DNA of 64,000 nucleotides from Thermoanaerobaculia bacterium (GCA_963719225.1 CAVRAY010000001.1:352001-416000), one strand, 5' to 3'; numbered from the stretch's first letter, positions 28,755 to 38,960 are shown. Program-made: numbers and translations. Notes: generated by a model not told the origin, from the sequence alone.

Positions 28755-31088
28755 TTAACGCGGGATTTCCACGTGCGGAGCGCGCAACGTCTCGCGCTTC
28801 AGCTGAGCCGCTCGAAACGTCGCGGGCTCTCCCGCGGCGGACCGTGAAAGCCGGAGATCGACGAACGGCCCTTCCGAGGGACAAAGTGTGACCCTGAGCT
28901 CCGGGCCATCGAGCGCGATCTCCATTGGTGCGGCCGGCGTTCCACAAGATCCCCTCACCTCGTCGCCGGTGCGAAGCGCACGATCGGCTGTGAGGACCAG
29001 GACGGCGGGGCTGCCCGTGGCTTTCACGAGGGCGCTCGGGATGCGGAGATGCAGGAGCGGAGAGTCCCAGGCGAGGCCCTCGGGGAGGGCGAAGTTTGCG
29101 ATCAGTCCGCTTCCTTCCCGATCGAAATGGAGCCGGTACTGGTCCGGGTGCAAGCGGAAGAACGAATCCGCCTGCCCCGGATGCAGGAAGCTGCGGGGAA
29201 GGGGTTGCCCCGGCCTCGTCACCCCCTGCCCGGCCGGGTTCCGGAATTGCCCGGTCAGCGCACCTTCGAGCCGTCCAGTCGCGATGCCGGCTGCGATCTC
29301 TTCCTCCGCCACGGGAAGAAATCGAATCATAGGCAACGAGCGGAAGAGGTGAAAGACCGTGTCGTTGTATTCCGGGGCGATCCCGAGCGTGGCGCCGCCG
29401 GGATACATCTCGGGCAGGTGCCTCGTCCACCAGGACATCACGTCCTCGCGCAAACCGTCCCCGAAGTCCCTCCTGCGGTACTCGCCACGACGGATCCCGT
29501 CCGGCCCCGAAGCCGTCACCGCCACGGCGACGACGAGAGCCGCAGCGCAGAGCGCGGTCACGACGGCGAAACGTCCTCGTCCCCGGCTCAGCCGCGGGAC
29601 CGTGGCGGCCGAGACGAGCGGAAGGGCGACGAGAAAGTACCGCACTTGCGCTCCCCAGGGCTGCGACATGAGTAAGAAAGCAATGGACCATCCGGCAGCC
29701 ATGAAGACGAAGCAGGCCTCCGAGAGGTGGGCCGGATCCCGCTTTCTTCGGAAGTCGCGCAGTGCAAGGACGAGGACGATCGGCGAAACGAGGACCGAAA
29801 GAAAGCCGACCGGGCCGAAGCCGGAGAGGTCCTCGTTGGGAATCCATCGGCCGTGCAGGAAAGCGGGGCGCATCTCGTGGAACGAGGCGTCCCGCCCGAG
29901 GATCCCGGCGAGGGCCGAGAACACCGCGTCCTGGGTGCGAACAACTAGGCTCTGGTCCGTCCGGACGAGCCCCGGCCAATCGAGCATCTGCTCGAGGTAG
30001 CGCAGCGCGTTGGACAGCTGGTCGAGCTGCCAGGAGGCGCTCCCGGCGTAGGCGAGCTCCCATGCGCGGTGTGAACCGGCGAGCTTGCCGAATTCGGCGA
30101 GGTTGAGGGCGTAGTTGTACGCGCCGAACACGACGAAGCCGATCGCGGCCGCGGCGCCGAGGCGCGGCAGAGACTCGAGCTTCTTCCGCGAGGCGGCCAG
30201 GACGGCAAGAGCGATTGCCAGAGCCGGAACCAGGAACAGGAACGTGAGCTTCGTTCCGGCGGCCAGTCCGAACGCGAGGCCGAAGTACACGAGATCCCCG
30301 AGGTTCTCCTGTTGTGAGGAGAGTACGAGACGCATACCGAAGAAGACCGCGCAGGCGCCCGCTGCCGCGACGAGAAGGTCGGTCTGCGAGGAGCCCATCT
30401 GGAGAATCGCCAGCGGCCACGTCAGCGCGAGGACGCCCGTGAAGAGCGCGATCGCGCGGCCCGCGCCGGCGAGGCGCGCGAATGCCGCCGTCGCCGCGGC
30501 GACCGCGAGACCCGCCGTCCACTGCGGGACGTGGAGCCCGGAGAAACCGCTGGACAGGGCGAGGATCCAGGCGAAGACGAACGACGCGTTCGGCGGCATC
30601 TCGTTCATGCGGAAGTCGACCGTCGGGAAGTGCCGCGCGGAACCGAGCTGAATCCAGTAATAGGCCCGCGGGAGATGATGGGCGTTGGCGTCGCCGTTGA
30701 GCGGGGGGTAGAAGAACGAGAGAGCCAGGTTGGCCAGAACGAGAAGACCGACCGCCGTCGCGAAGAGCGCGAGGCCGGGGGACTCCCGGACGAACGCCCG
30801 TACCGCCTCGGCGGTGCCGCGCGGCCACGGAACGAGCCGTCCGTTTCCCAGGCGCACGAAAGCGATCAGCGCCGCACCGAACAGGATCACGTGCGCGGTC
30901 AGCATTCCTGCGCGCCCCAGGGCGTGGAGCTCCGATAGGATCTCGGAGATCAGGACGATCTGACCGAAGGAGAGGAGCCAGATCGACAGGAATGACGCGA
31001 AGATCCCCCTGGTCGGAAGAAAAGAGCGGAGGAGAAGGCTGGTCGCGAGAGCGAGAGCTCCCGCGACTCCCATGGCGATCGCGCCCAC
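28755..31088 (-). CDS. Polytopic membrane glycosyltransferase-like protein (GT-C/PMT-like)
   Basis: Many TM helices; 'PPLNGDANAHHLPR', 'QTDLL', 'GLAAGTK', 'RYFL'. Confidence 0.65.
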   Translation of the reverse strand: MGAIAMGVAGALALATSLLLRSFLPTRGIFASFLSIWLLSFGQIVLISEILSELHALGRAGMLTAHVILFGAALIAFVRLGNGRLVPWPRGTAEAVRAFVRESPGLALFATAVGLLVLANLALSFFYPPLNGDANAHHLPRAYYWIQLGSARHFPTVDFRMNEMPPNASFVFAWILALSSGFSGLHVPQWTAGLAVAAATAAFARLAGAGRAIALFTGVLALTWPLAILQMGSSQTDLLVAAAGACAVFFGMRLVLSSQQENLGDLVYFGLAFGLAAGTKLTFLFLVPALAIALAVLAASRKKLESLPRLGAAAAIGFVVFGAYNYALNLAEFGKLAGSHRAWELAYAGSASWQLDQLSNALRYLEQMLDWPGLVRTDQSLVVRTQDAVFSALAGILGRDASFHEMRPAFLHGRWIPNEDLSGFGPVGFLSVLVSPIVLVLALRDFRRKRDPAHLSEACFVFMAAGWSIAFLLMSQPWGAQVRYFLVALPLVSAATVPRLSRGRGRFAVVTALCAAALVVAVAVTASGPDGIRRGEYRRRDFGDGLREDVMSWWTRHLPEMYPGGATLGIAPEYNDTVFHLFRSLPMIRFLPVAEEEIAAGIATGRLEGALTGQFRNPAGQGVTRPGQPLPRSFLHPGQADSFFRLHPDQYRLHFDREGSGLIANFALPEGLAWDSPLLHLRIPSALVKATGSPAVLVLTADRALRTGDEVRGSCGTPAAPMEIALDGPELRVTLCPSEGPFVDLRLSRSAAGEPATFRAAQLKRETLRAPHVEIPR

Positions 31089-31169
31089 GGAGGGCAGCTT
31101 AGAGCAGCACCCCGCTTGACGGGACCGCGTGGAAAAGTCGTGTGAACTATTGTGAAGGGAGGAAATCGT

Positions 31170-31553
31170 ATGAAGCGCCTGCTCGCCATCGTTCTCGTCG
31201 CCCTTACGGCAGCCTCAGCCCTCGCGGCGGGGCGGGCCTCCCTGAACGTCTACTTCCAGAGCAACCTCAAGAACACGGCCTATCAGAACAGGACTTTCGA
31301 GAAAGCCGTGAAGGCGTGGAGGGCGCCCGAGGCCTCGCAGGTCCCGGACGTCGGCAGGAAGGCCGTCGTGCAGGCCGTCATCGCGAAGGACGGGAAGCTC
31401 ATCTCCGCGGTCGTCTCCATGAGCTCGGGCAAGAAAGGCTGGGATTCAGCGGCGCTCGCCACGGTCCGGTCAGCCGCGCCTTTCGATCCTCTTCCCGAGG
31501 GCTACTCGGCGTCGACGATCGAAGTTCACTTCCACGTGAGCGTCGTCCCGTAG
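31170..31553 (+). CDS. TonB C-terminal-like domain protein
   Basis: Signal peptide; 'IAKDGKL...SSGKKGWDSAALATVRSAAPFDPLP'. Confidence 0.75.
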   Translation: MKRLLAIVLVALTAASALAAGRASLNVYFQSNLKNTAYQNRTFEKAVKAWRAPEASQVPDVGRKAVVQAVIAKDGKLISAVVSMSSGKKGWDSAALATVRSAAPFDPLPEGYSASTIEVHFHVSVVP

Positions 31554-31562
31554 CTCCAGCGA

Positions 31563-31865
31563 TCAGAGCAGGATCGACCACGCGCGTCTGCCGTGAAGCA
31601 CCCGATAGACCCAGACGACGCGTCCAGAGACCTTGAAGAAGTTCAGGTAGGGCTGCCGGACGAGGAACCGGAATCCCCGCCGGCGGAGATGCTCGTCCCG
31701 AGGGCGGGAACCGCGCTCCGGCCACCGGGCGAGGCCCTCGATGGCGTCGAGCAGATCGCCGACGATTCGGCCGGCCGATTCCGGAGCTTCGTGGCCGAGG
31801 TAAGAGCGAAGCTCGACGAGGTCACTCTCCGCCCGCTTGAGAACGCGGACGCGATGGGTCTTCAA
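31563..31865 (-). CDS. ParE-family toxin
   Basis: 'AESDLVELRSYL...LARWPERG...RVLHGRR'. Confidence 0.8.
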   Translation of the reverse strand: MKTHRVRVLKRAESDLVELRSYLGHEAPESAGRIVGDLLDAIEGLARWPERGSRPRDEHLRRRGFRFLVRQPYLNFFKVSGRVVWVYRVLHGRRAWSILL

Positions 31866-32116
31866 CCGCGAAGTCGTCGACGGAGGACCTTTGGAGAGGT
31901 ACCGGTGTCCCCGGCCCGCCTGTCCTGCTCGGCCTCATCCAGGCGGGCGTAGAGCTCCGTGCGAGCCTTTTCGCGTTCCCACGCGGCGGCACTGAGAATC
32001 ACGAGATCCTCGACGCCGTGTCTCGTGATGAAGACCGGCTCTCCGGTTCGGTGACAAAGCCGCGAGATCTCGTGTGACTTGTTGCGCAGGTCGGAGATCG
32101 ACCGGATGGACGGCAT
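31862..32116 (-). CDS. Phd/YefM-family antitoxin
   Basis: 'IRSISDLRNK...EPVFITRHG..DLVILS'. Confidence 0.88.
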   Translation of the reverse strand: MPSIRSISDLRNKSHEISRLCHRTGEPVFITRHGVEDLVILSAAAWEREKARTELYARLDEAEQDRRAGDTGTSPKVLRRRLRG

Positions 32117-32156
32117 GGAAGGATCCTATCAAAATCGTGATAGTTCCTCACACGCG

Positions 32157-33650
32157 TCACACTCCCGCGGGAAGCACCGACTCCGACCGCAAAGGCGCGG
32201 CGCCGCCGTCCGCGGGACGCGACAGGAGGCGGCGCCGGAACTTCAGGTGCCTTTTCCGGGTGGCCTCCACGAGCGGTCCCCAGACCGTGTGGACGAGGCC
32301 GTGCTTGATCAGGACGTGCCAGAGCGCGTTCGATCGCTTGTAGAGCCACGACATGGCGAGGTACGGGAGCACGGCCCGCGCCTCTTCGGGCCGGCGCCGC
32401 CAGATGGAAGCCGCGGAGAAGAGCCGCTCGTAGAGCCACGCGTATCCGCGCTCGAGCTCCTCGGGCGACATGTGCCGCGGCCGGAAGACGGCGTGTGCGG
32501 TGTCGTAGAGGTCCCAGTTCCGGTGCAGCAGCCGTCCGCCCGCCTCCATCGTCCGAAAGAGCGGAGTCCCGGGATACGGCGTCAGGATGTGAAACGTCGC
32601 GCACTCGAGCCGGTTCTCCTCGATCCACTCCGCGGTCCGCGCGAAGACGTCGCGCCGGTCCCCGTCGAAGCCGAGCACGAAGCTGCCGTTCACCTGGATG
32701 CCGTTCGCGTGGAGAAGGCCCACGCGCCGCGCGTAGTCGTCCGCCCGGGGAGTCTTCTTGCGCGCCTCGGCGAGGTTCGCGTCCGTGAGCGACTCGAGGC
32801 CGATGAAGACGCCGGTGCATCCGGCGAGGGCCATCTCGCGGACGAGCGAAGGGTCGTCGGTGACGTCGAGCGTCACCGCCGCGCTCCAGATGCGCCCGAG
32901 CGGACGGAGCCCCCGGCAGAGCGAGCGAAGGTAGTCCGGGCGCGAGCCCAGGTTGTTGTCGACGAAGACGGCGTACGGCTGTCCGCCCTCCTCGAACTCG
33001 CGCGCGACCTGCTCGACGTCGCGCACGTGGTACGGCATGCGCAGGCCCCGCGTCGAGAGATAGCAGAAGCCGCAGCGGTTGTGGCACCCACGCGTGGCGA
33101 TGAGGCTCGTGGACGTGAGGAAGCTCCGGCGCGGCACGAGGTCGCGCCGCGGGGCCGGGTCCTCCCGGTAGGGACGCTCGTAGTCCGCGTCGTAGCGGGG
33201 CGCGAGGCGGCCCTTCTCGATGTCGTCCAGGATCCGCGGCCAGAGAGCCACGCCGTCGCCGACCGCGAGGGCGTCGGCGTGCGGCGCGGCCTCGTCGGGA
33301 CAGGAAAGGACGTGAAGCCCGCCGAGGATCACGGTGGATCCGCGCGCCCGGTACCAGTCCGCGAGGGCGTAGGCGCGACACGCGAAGGTGAGATGCACGG
33401 TGATGCCGACGACCTCCGGAAGAGGATCCCAGGGCGGGCGGCCTCTCAGGAGGTTCTCGTCCCAGAGGGCGACCTCCCAGCCGGGAGGAGTCGCCGCCGC
33501 GACGCTCGTGAGGGCGAGCGTGGGCGTCAGGACGTGCTTGCCGAAGCTCGCGTGCGGGTCCTTCGGGTAGAAGGGGTTCACGAGGAGGGCGTGGCGGCGC
33601 TCGAGGCGGGACGCTGGAAGAGCCGGATCGAGGGGAGGCGCGATCGCCAT
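32157..33650 (-). CDS. Cobalamin-binding radical SAM protein
   Basis: B12-binding-like region ('VGITV', 'ILGGLH'), CHNRCGFC, 'FVDNN', 'FIGLES', 'ILTPYPGT'. Confidence 0.88.
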   Translation of the reverse strand: MAIAPPLDPALPASRLERRHALLVNPFYPKDPHASFGKHVLTPTLALTSVAAATPPGWEVALWDENLLRGRPPWDPLPEVVGITVHLTFACRAYALADWYRARGSTVILGGLHVLSCPDEAAPHADALAVGDGVALWPRILDDIEKGRLAPRYDADYERPYREDPAPRRDLVPRRSFLTSTSLIATRGCHNRCGFCYLSTRGLRMPYHVRDVEQVAREFEEGGQPYAVFVDNNLGSRPDYLRSLCRGLRPLGRIWSAAVTLDVTDDPSLVREMALAGCTGVFIGLESLTDANLAEARKKTPRADDYARRVGLLHANGIQVNGSFVLGFDGDRRDVFARTAEWIEENRLECATFHILTPYPGTPLFRTMEAGGRLLHRNWDLYDTAHAVFRPRHMSPEELERGYAWLYERLFSAASIWRRRPEEARAVLPYLAMSWLYKRSNALWHVLIKHGLVHTVWGPLVEATRKRHLKFRRRLLSRPADGGAAPLRSESVLPAGV

Positions 33651-33702
33651 TTCGCGAGGCACGCGGAGCCGGCGAGGCCGCGAGGCGAAGGGAGCGTCGG
33701 GG

Positions 33703-34455
33703 TCAGAGAGAGCCGGCACTCGGAGCCTCGTTCCCGGAGGCAACGGGAGGCCCAGCGGAGGAAAGCCCTCCGAACCGGCGCTCGCGTTTTCGATAGCGCC
33801 GCACGGCGTCGGCCAGATCGGGGCCGCCGAAGTCCGGCCACATGCGGACGGTGAAGAAGAGCTCCGCGTAGGCGACCTCCCAGAGGAGGAAGTCGCTGAG
33901 GCGGCGCTCGCCCGCCGTCCGGATGAGGAGATCCACGTCCGGAGCCTGGTTCGCCGGGCCGTAGGCGGCCCCGAGCCGGGCCGTGAAGCTCTCGCGCGTG
34001 AAGGGCTGGAAGGGCGGGTTCTCGCACGCGCGAAGGATGGCGTCCTGCGCGGAGTAATCGACCGCGAGGCGGAGGAGCAGGGAAGTCCCCCCGGCGGTGG
34101 CGCCTTCGGCCGCCCGGATGGCGTCGGCGAGCGCGTCCGAAATCCGGTCACGGCGGCCGATGACGGAAAGCCTCACCCCCTTTTCGACGAGAAGAGCGGC
34201 CTCCTTTTCGAGGTAACGCTGGAAGAGACCCATGAGAGTTCCGACTTCTTCCGGCGGGCGCTTCCAGTTGTCGGAGGAGAAAGCGTAGAGCGTGAGAGTG
34301 CCGATTCCGAGGGCGGGCGCGGCCTCGACCGTCCGGCGTACCGCCTCGGCCCCGGCTCGATGGCCGGCGACACGCGGCGCGCCGCGCGCAGCCGCCCAGC
34401 GTCCGTTGCCGTCCATGATGATCGCGACGTGAAGACGGACGCTCTCGTTCGCCAT
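33703..34455 (-). CDS. uppS: cis-prenyltransferase (undecaprenyl diphosphate synthase)
   Basis: '[13 protein letters not shown]', '[11 protein letters not shown]', '[17 protein letters not shown]', 'RRFGG'. Confidence 0.93.
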   Translation of the reverse strand: MANESVRLHVAIIMDGNGRWAAARGAPRVAGHRAGAEAVRRTVEAAPALGIGTLTLYAFSSDNWKRPPEEVGTLMGLFQRYLEKEAALLVEKGVRLSVIGRRDRISDALADAIRAAEGATAGGTSLLLRLAVDYSAQDAILRACENPPFQPFTRESFTARLGAAYGPANQAPDVDLLIRTAGERRLSDFLLWEVAYAELFFTVRMWPDFGGPDLADAVRRYRKRERRFGGLSSAGPPVASGNEAPSAGSL

Positions 34456-34475
34456 GCGGCGACTTTCGCCTTTTC

Positions 34476-34500
34476 ACTTTACACTGTCAAGTACTTTATA
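34476..34500 (-). promoter_or_regulatory. Near-palindromic operator overlapping a TTGACA -35 element upstream of uppS
   Basis: ACTTTACA-C-TGTCAAGT (34476-34492, one mismatch), an extra ACTTTA half-site, and TTGACA on the minus strand at 34490-34485. Confidence 0.6.
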
Positions 34501-34529
34501 GGCAGGGCCGGAGCGACCGCTCTTGCCCC

Positions 34530-35714
34530 TCAGACGACGTCGAATTCCCTGCCGACCGTGATGAATGCCTCCACCGCCTCCTCGAGGTCCGCATCCGTGT
34601 GGACCGCGGAAATCTGGCAGCGCAGCCGCGCGTGGCCTTTCGGGACGACGGGGAAGCCGAAGCCCGAAACGTAAACGCCGCGTTGAAAAAGCGCGTCCGA
34701 CATCGCGAGCGCCTTCGCCGTGTCGCCGACGATCACCGGGACGATCGGGTGGATTCCGTCCGGAATCCGGAAGCCCGCGGAACGCATGCGCGATCGGAAC
34801 GTGAGCGCGTTCTTCTGGACCCGATGGGCGGGCGACGGGTCCTCCATCAGCATGCGGAACGCCTCGAGGCTGGACGCCGCGACCGCGGGCGGGAGCGCGT
34901 TCGAGAAGAGCGACGTGCGCGAGCGCTGTCTCAGGAGGTCCACGACGGGCGCGGGCCCGGTCGTGAAGCCGCCCGCCGCCGAGCCCATCGCCTTGCCGAG
35001 CGTCGACGTGAAGAGCGAGACGCGATCCAGGACACCCAGCTCCTCGGCCGAGCCGCGGCCGGTCTTCCCGAGGACGCCTGTCGCGTGGGAATCGTCCACC
35101 ACGAAGGTCGTGTCGTACTTCTCGCAGAGGTCCGCGAGCTCGTGGAGCGGACCGATCTCGCCTTCCATGGAAAAAACGCCGTCCGTGATGAAGAGCCGGC
35201 GGCGCGACGCCTGCGCCTCCTGGAGGGCCTTCTCGAGCGCCGGAAGGTCTCCGTGCGGCGTCAGGAAACGCTTCGCCTTGCAGAGGCGGACGCCGTCGAT
35301 GATCGAAGCGTGGTTGAGGGCGTCGGAGAGGAGCGCGTCCTCCTCGCCGAGAAGCGGCGCGAAGAGGCCTTCGTTCGCGTTCCAGCAGGACATGTAGAGG
35401 ATCGTGTCCTCGGTCCCGAAGAACCGCGAGATCGTCCCTTCGAGCTCCTTGTGGAGGGCCTGCGTGCCGCAGATGAAACGCACCGAGCCGACCCCGTTGC
35501 CCCACTTTTCGAGCGCCTCCTTCGCGGCCTTCACGATGCGCGGGTGGTTCGCGAACCCGAGGTAGTTGTTCGAGGTGAGCATGAGGACGTCGCGTCCGTC
35601 CACGCGCACGCGAGCGCCCGTGGGACCTTCGAGTACCCGCTCCTTCTTCCAGGTCTTCGCGTCCTTGAGCGCGGAGACCTCGGCGCGGCAGAAATCGACG
35701 AGGCTGGTGTTCAT
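34530..35714 (-). CDS. kbl: 2-amino-3-ketobutyrate CoA ligase (glycine C-acetyltransferase)
   Basis: 'SNNYLG', 'SVRFICGTQ', 'LNHASIIDG', 'VDDSHATG', 'STLGKA', 'QISAVH'. Confidence 0.93.
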   Translation of the reverse strand: MNTSLVDFCRAEVSALKDAKTWKKERVLEGPTGARVRVDGRDVLMLTSNNYLGFANHPRIVKAAKEALEKWGNGVGSVRFICGTQALHKELEGTISRFFGTEDTILYMSCWNANEGLFAPLLGEEDALLSDALNHASIIDGVRLCKAKRFLTPHGDLPALEKALQEAQASRRRLFITDGVFSMEGEIGPLHELADLCEKYDTTFVVDDSHATGVLGKTGRGSAEELGVLDRVSLFTSTLGKAMGSAAGGFTTGPAPVVDLLRQRSRTSLFSNALPPAVAASSLEAFRMLMEDPSPAHRVQKNALTFRSRMRSAGFRIPDGIHPIVPVIVGDTAKALAMSDALFQRGVYVSGFGFPVVPKGHARLRCQISAVHTDADLEEAVEAFITVGREFDVV

Positions 35715-35743
35715 ACCAGCGAGGTTATCCGAAAAACGAGGCG

Positions 35744-36853
35744 TTACTTCTTTCGGATCTCGGCCGCGACGAACTGCGTCGCCAGGAGGCTCCCGGCCGT
35801 GTTCGCGGAAACCACGAAGGTGCCTTTCACGTGAACGGCCGAGCCGGCGACGATGCCGGTGTCGAGCTTCGTGAGCCCGTTCACGAGGACGTCCCGCGAG
35901 GAGATCTTCCAGTGGCCCAGCGGAGATCCGTTCGCGGTCGGAACGGCGGGAATCGACTCGACGACGCCGTCGAACTCGGTCGCGCGCTCGCCTCCGGCCG
36001 GAGGCCTGACGGTGGGCGCCTTGACGATCGACACCGCGACGAGATACGAGGGGCCGTAAGTGCCCGGCGGCGGGTTGTGGACTTTCGCGACGACGTCGAC
36101 GATGTCGCCGACCTTCGGGTCTCCCACGATCTTCGTGTCGGAATCCAGCTGCACCGTGCGGCCCGCGATCGTCCAGGCCGTGGGCGTGATCGTCTCGACG
36201 GCCCCATGCCAGGCAAAGAGCGGGGGCGGCGTGAACGCCCCGTAGGCTTCGACGCTCGTCGCGACGAACCCGCCGGAATTCACGACGGCGACGATCGCGA
36301 ACATGCCGGCGGTGAGATCTTCGATGCCCTTGACGGCGCCGTTCGGGCCGCCGCCGGACCACTTCGTGCCCGCGCTCGTCGCGACCGTGTGGAAGAGCAT
36401 CGTGAACTTCCTGCCCGCGACGTCCACCGACTGGATCGTGCCCGTCAGCTCGCCCGCGCGCGTCTGAAACACCACGACCTTCGTCGCCGGGAGGGGCAGC
36501 GGCGGGAAGACGGCCGGGATCACGTCCGGCACCGTCACCTGCGCGACCACGCGTGCCCCGACGAGAATTCCGGACCACGGGAGGGGATTCGCGAGGCGAT
36601 CGTCACCGCCCGTGATCGTGGCGTTCGTCACGTCGATCTGGATTCCGCCTTCGATGAGGTCGAGGATCGGACCCGCGACTTTCGAAACCGTTCCTTCGAC
36701 AGAGGATGCCCTCACGGGCATGGGGAACGAGGAGCCATCTCCCGCGGCCGCAACCGGAGCCAGGCTGAAAAGAAGGAGAGCCACGACGAGAGCGGAGGAA
36801 GTTCCGAAGAGAGGAAGTCGAGAGGTGCGCGCAAGAAGGGAACGAGTCGTCAT
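35744..36853 (-). CDS. Secreted DUF5666-like repeat protein
   Basis: Signal peptide; repeated 'G.VE.I...W.I.G..V.....T' OB-like units. Confidence 0.7.
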   Translation of the reverse strand: MTTRSLLARTSRLPLFGTSSALVVALLLFSLAPVAAAGDGSSFPMPVRASSVEGTVSKVAGPILDLIEGGIQIDVTNATITGGDDRLANPLPWSGILVGARVVAQVTVPDVIPAVFPPLPLPATKVVVFQTRAGELTGTIQSVDVAGRKFTMLFHTVATSAGTKWSGGGPNGAVKGIEDLTAGMFAIVAVVNSGGFVATSVEAYGAFTPPPLFAWHGAVETITPTAWTIAGRTVQLDSDTKIVGDPKVGDIVDVVAKVHNPPPGTYGPSYLVAVSIVKAPTVRPPAGGERATEFDGVVESIPAVPTANGSPLGHWKISSRDVLVNGLTKLDTGIVAGSAVHVKGTFVVSANTAGSLLATQFVAAEIRKK

Positions 36854-36916
36854 CGTGGCTCTCCTTCCGGACGCATGGAAGTGTCCGGGTCGGAACCGTT
36901 CCCACGACCCCGGGGT

Positions 36917-37570
36917 CTAACGACGACGTCGAACCGCCTTTTTCTTCGCGGCCTTCTTGGCGGGTCTCTTGACGAGCTTCTTTGCGGGCTTTTTCTTCGA
37001 AACGGTCCTTTTTGCCGGGCGTCGCGCCGCCTTTTTCGACACCTTCCTCTTCGCGGGCCGTGTTTTCTTCTTCGCCGCCTTCTTCGGCGCGGGGCGCCGC
37101 GCCTTCTTCTTCGCGCCGCCGAGCGAACGCGCCTGCTCGCGTCTCCTGCGCGCGTGGAGCTTCTGCTTGACGAGATCCTCGACCTGCGACGTCGGCACCC
37201 AGTCTTCGTCGGGGTGCAGGTCCGAGGCCTGGAAGACGATGATCCGGTAGCCGTCCGGATCCAGGATCTCCGCGGAGCGACCCGTGAATTCGTCGGTCGG
37301 AGGCCGGGTGACCGTGACTCCGCGCTCCTTCAGCTTCGCGATGCTCTCGTCGAGCGACCACGTGGAAAAGACCGCGGCGACCTGGTTGCGCGAAGGCACC
37401 TCACCGGGACGCAGGGGCGTGAGCTTGAGAAGCAGAGGACCCAGCGCGAATTCGACCCAGTCATTCTCGAAACCGCCGCCTTCGGGGAGCCCGAGGGTTT
37501 CCCCGTAAAACCGGCGTGAACGCTGGAAATCGCTTGCGGAAACGTGTATCCGCCTGAGAGCGAGAAACAT
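36917..37570 (-). CDS. VOC/glyoxalase protein with a Lys/Ala/Arg-rich tail
   Basis: GGAGG RBS; 'VSASDFQRSRRFYGETLGL', 'ILDPDGY' and a ~65-aa basic tail. Confidence 0.8.
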   Translation of the reverse strand: MFLALRRIHVSASDFQRSRRFYGETLGLPEGGGFENDWVEFALGPLLLKLTPLRPGEVPSRNQVAAVFSTWSLDESIAKLKERGVTVTRPPTDEFTGRSAEILDPDGYRIIVFQASDLHPDEDWVPTSQVEDLVKQKLHARRRREQARSLGGAKKKARRPAPKKAAKKKTRPAKRKVSKKAARRPAKRTVSKKKPAKKLVKRPAKKAAKKKAVRRRR

Positions 37571-37720
37571 CTTCAAACCTCCGAATCCGTCTCCCGGAAG
37601 GACGCCGGCCCCGAAAAACCATGGAACCGTGGGCGAGACAGTCCGCGTTCCTCCCGTTCCGGGGGAGCCGGCCAGAACTGATTTCCGGACGATGGATTCT
37701 AGAAGGAAGTGGTTGAATTT

Positions 37721-38158
37721 TCAATCACTTTCGTGCTCATGACCGACTTCCCCGCAAGGCTCGATCCAGACCGCGCCGGAAGGGCCGAACTCGTGCTTCC
37801 AGATCGGAACCCGGGCCTTGATCGCCTCGATTCCTGCCCGGCAGGCGGCAAACGCCTCCGCCCGATGAGGGGCGGACGCCGCGACCACGACCGCGACATC
37901 CCCTACCACGAGGGCTCCAACCCTATGACGGAAAAGCACTTGAGCAGCAGGATGGGCCTTCTCGAGCTCCTGGGAGATGCGGGCCATCTCCTTCTCGGCC
38001 ATGGGGCCGTAGGCCTCGTAGACGAGCCGATCCACGGAATGTCCCTCGTTTTCACTCCGCACGACCCCCACGAACAGGGCGAGACCGCCGTCTTTTCCGC
38101 GGCGAAGCCCGTTCAGAAGCGCTGAGGGATCGAGCGGGTCCGCGGAGAGGAAGCTCAT
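37721..38158 (-). CDS. moaE: Molybdopterin synthase large subunit
   Basis: 'FVGVVR', 'LVYEAY', 'HRVGAL', 'APHRAEAF', 'KARVPIWKHE'. Confidence 0.93.
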   Translation of the reverse strand: MSFLSADPLDPSALLNGLRRGKDGGLALFVGVVRSENEGHSVDRLVYEAYGPMAEKEMARISQELEKAHPAAQVLFRHRVGALVVGDVAVVVAASAPHRAEAFAACRAGIEAIKARVPIWKHEFGPSGAVWIEPCGEVGHEHESD

Positions 38159-38192
38159 GGAAACATGATAAGACCCGTGCCGGAATCGAACG

Positions 38193-38960
38193 ATGACGAC
38201 GCGCCGCCGCCGCGTGCTGGCCGTCTCCGCGCTCAAGGGCGGGGTGGGAAAAACGACGACCGCCGTGAATCTCGCCGCCGCCGTGGCGCGCGCCGGGCGC
38301 CGGACCTTGCTCGTGGACGCCGATCCCCAGGGCGGCGTCGGGCTGTCCCTCGGACTCGCACCGGACGCGCGGGGGCTCGCGGCCTGGGTGACGAAGAACG
38401 CCTCCTTCGACGACTCGGTGGTACGAGCAGCTCGCGAGAATCTCGACGTCCTTCCGGCAGGCGACCGGCTCCTCGACGTGGAGGACGTGTTCCGCGAAAA
38501 GGGGAAGGAGAAGCGCAGGACCCGCCTCGAGAGGCGGTTCGAAGGGCTCGAGAAAGAGGAGTACGACGTCGTCATCTTCGACTGTCCGCCCGCGGCCTCG
38601 CTTCTCCTCGAGAACGTGTATCACGTGGCGGACGAGCTCATCCTGCCCGCGAAGCTCGATTTCCTCTCGCTCCCCGCGCTCGAGAAGACCCGCCTCTTCG
38701 TGAAGGAGGGGAACGCGTCGCGCGAAAAGCCGCTCCGGATCACGGGCGTCCTGCCGACGTTCTACGACCTGAGGACCAGCGTCTCGACGGAGCTCCTCGA
38801 CACCCTCCGCGAGCGTTTCACGAAGATCCTCTCGCCGATCCGCATCAACGTCGCGCTCGCCGAAGCGCCGTCCGTCGGAAAGACGATCTTCGAGTTCGAC
38901 GGCTCGTCGCGCGGCGCGGTCGACTACGCGCTCCTCGCGGAAGACCTCAAGCTGGCCTAG
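38193..38960 (+). CDS. ParA/Soj-family ATPase (no adjacent parB)
   Basis: 'KGGVGKTT', 'DADPQ', 'FDCPP', 'LAEAPS'. Confidence 0.9.
   Translation: MTTRRRRVLAVSALKGGVGKTTTAVNLAAAVARAGRRTLLVDADPQGGVGLSLGLAPDARGLAAWVTKNASFDDSVVRAARENLDVLPAGDRLLDVEDVFREKGKEKRRTRLERRFEGLEKEEYDVVIFDCPPAASLLLENVYHVADELILPAKLDFLSLPALEKTRLFVKEGNASREKPLRITGVLPTFYDLRTSVSTELLDTLRERFTKILSPIRINVALAEAPSVGKTIFEFDGSSRGAVDYALLAEDLKLA

Noticed and set aside
26800-30828. 1342-aa minus-strand ORF and many other long overlapping ORFs (e.g. 21042..23231, 60383..62875)
   Set aside because: These are shadow frames of real genes, expected in GC-rich DNA. They are R/P/G-rich or antisense translations with no recognisable motifs.
38193-38960. 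ParA as a sign of a plasmid or prophage
   Set aside because: There is no parB, rep, integrase or phage gene, and housekeeping genes flank the region.
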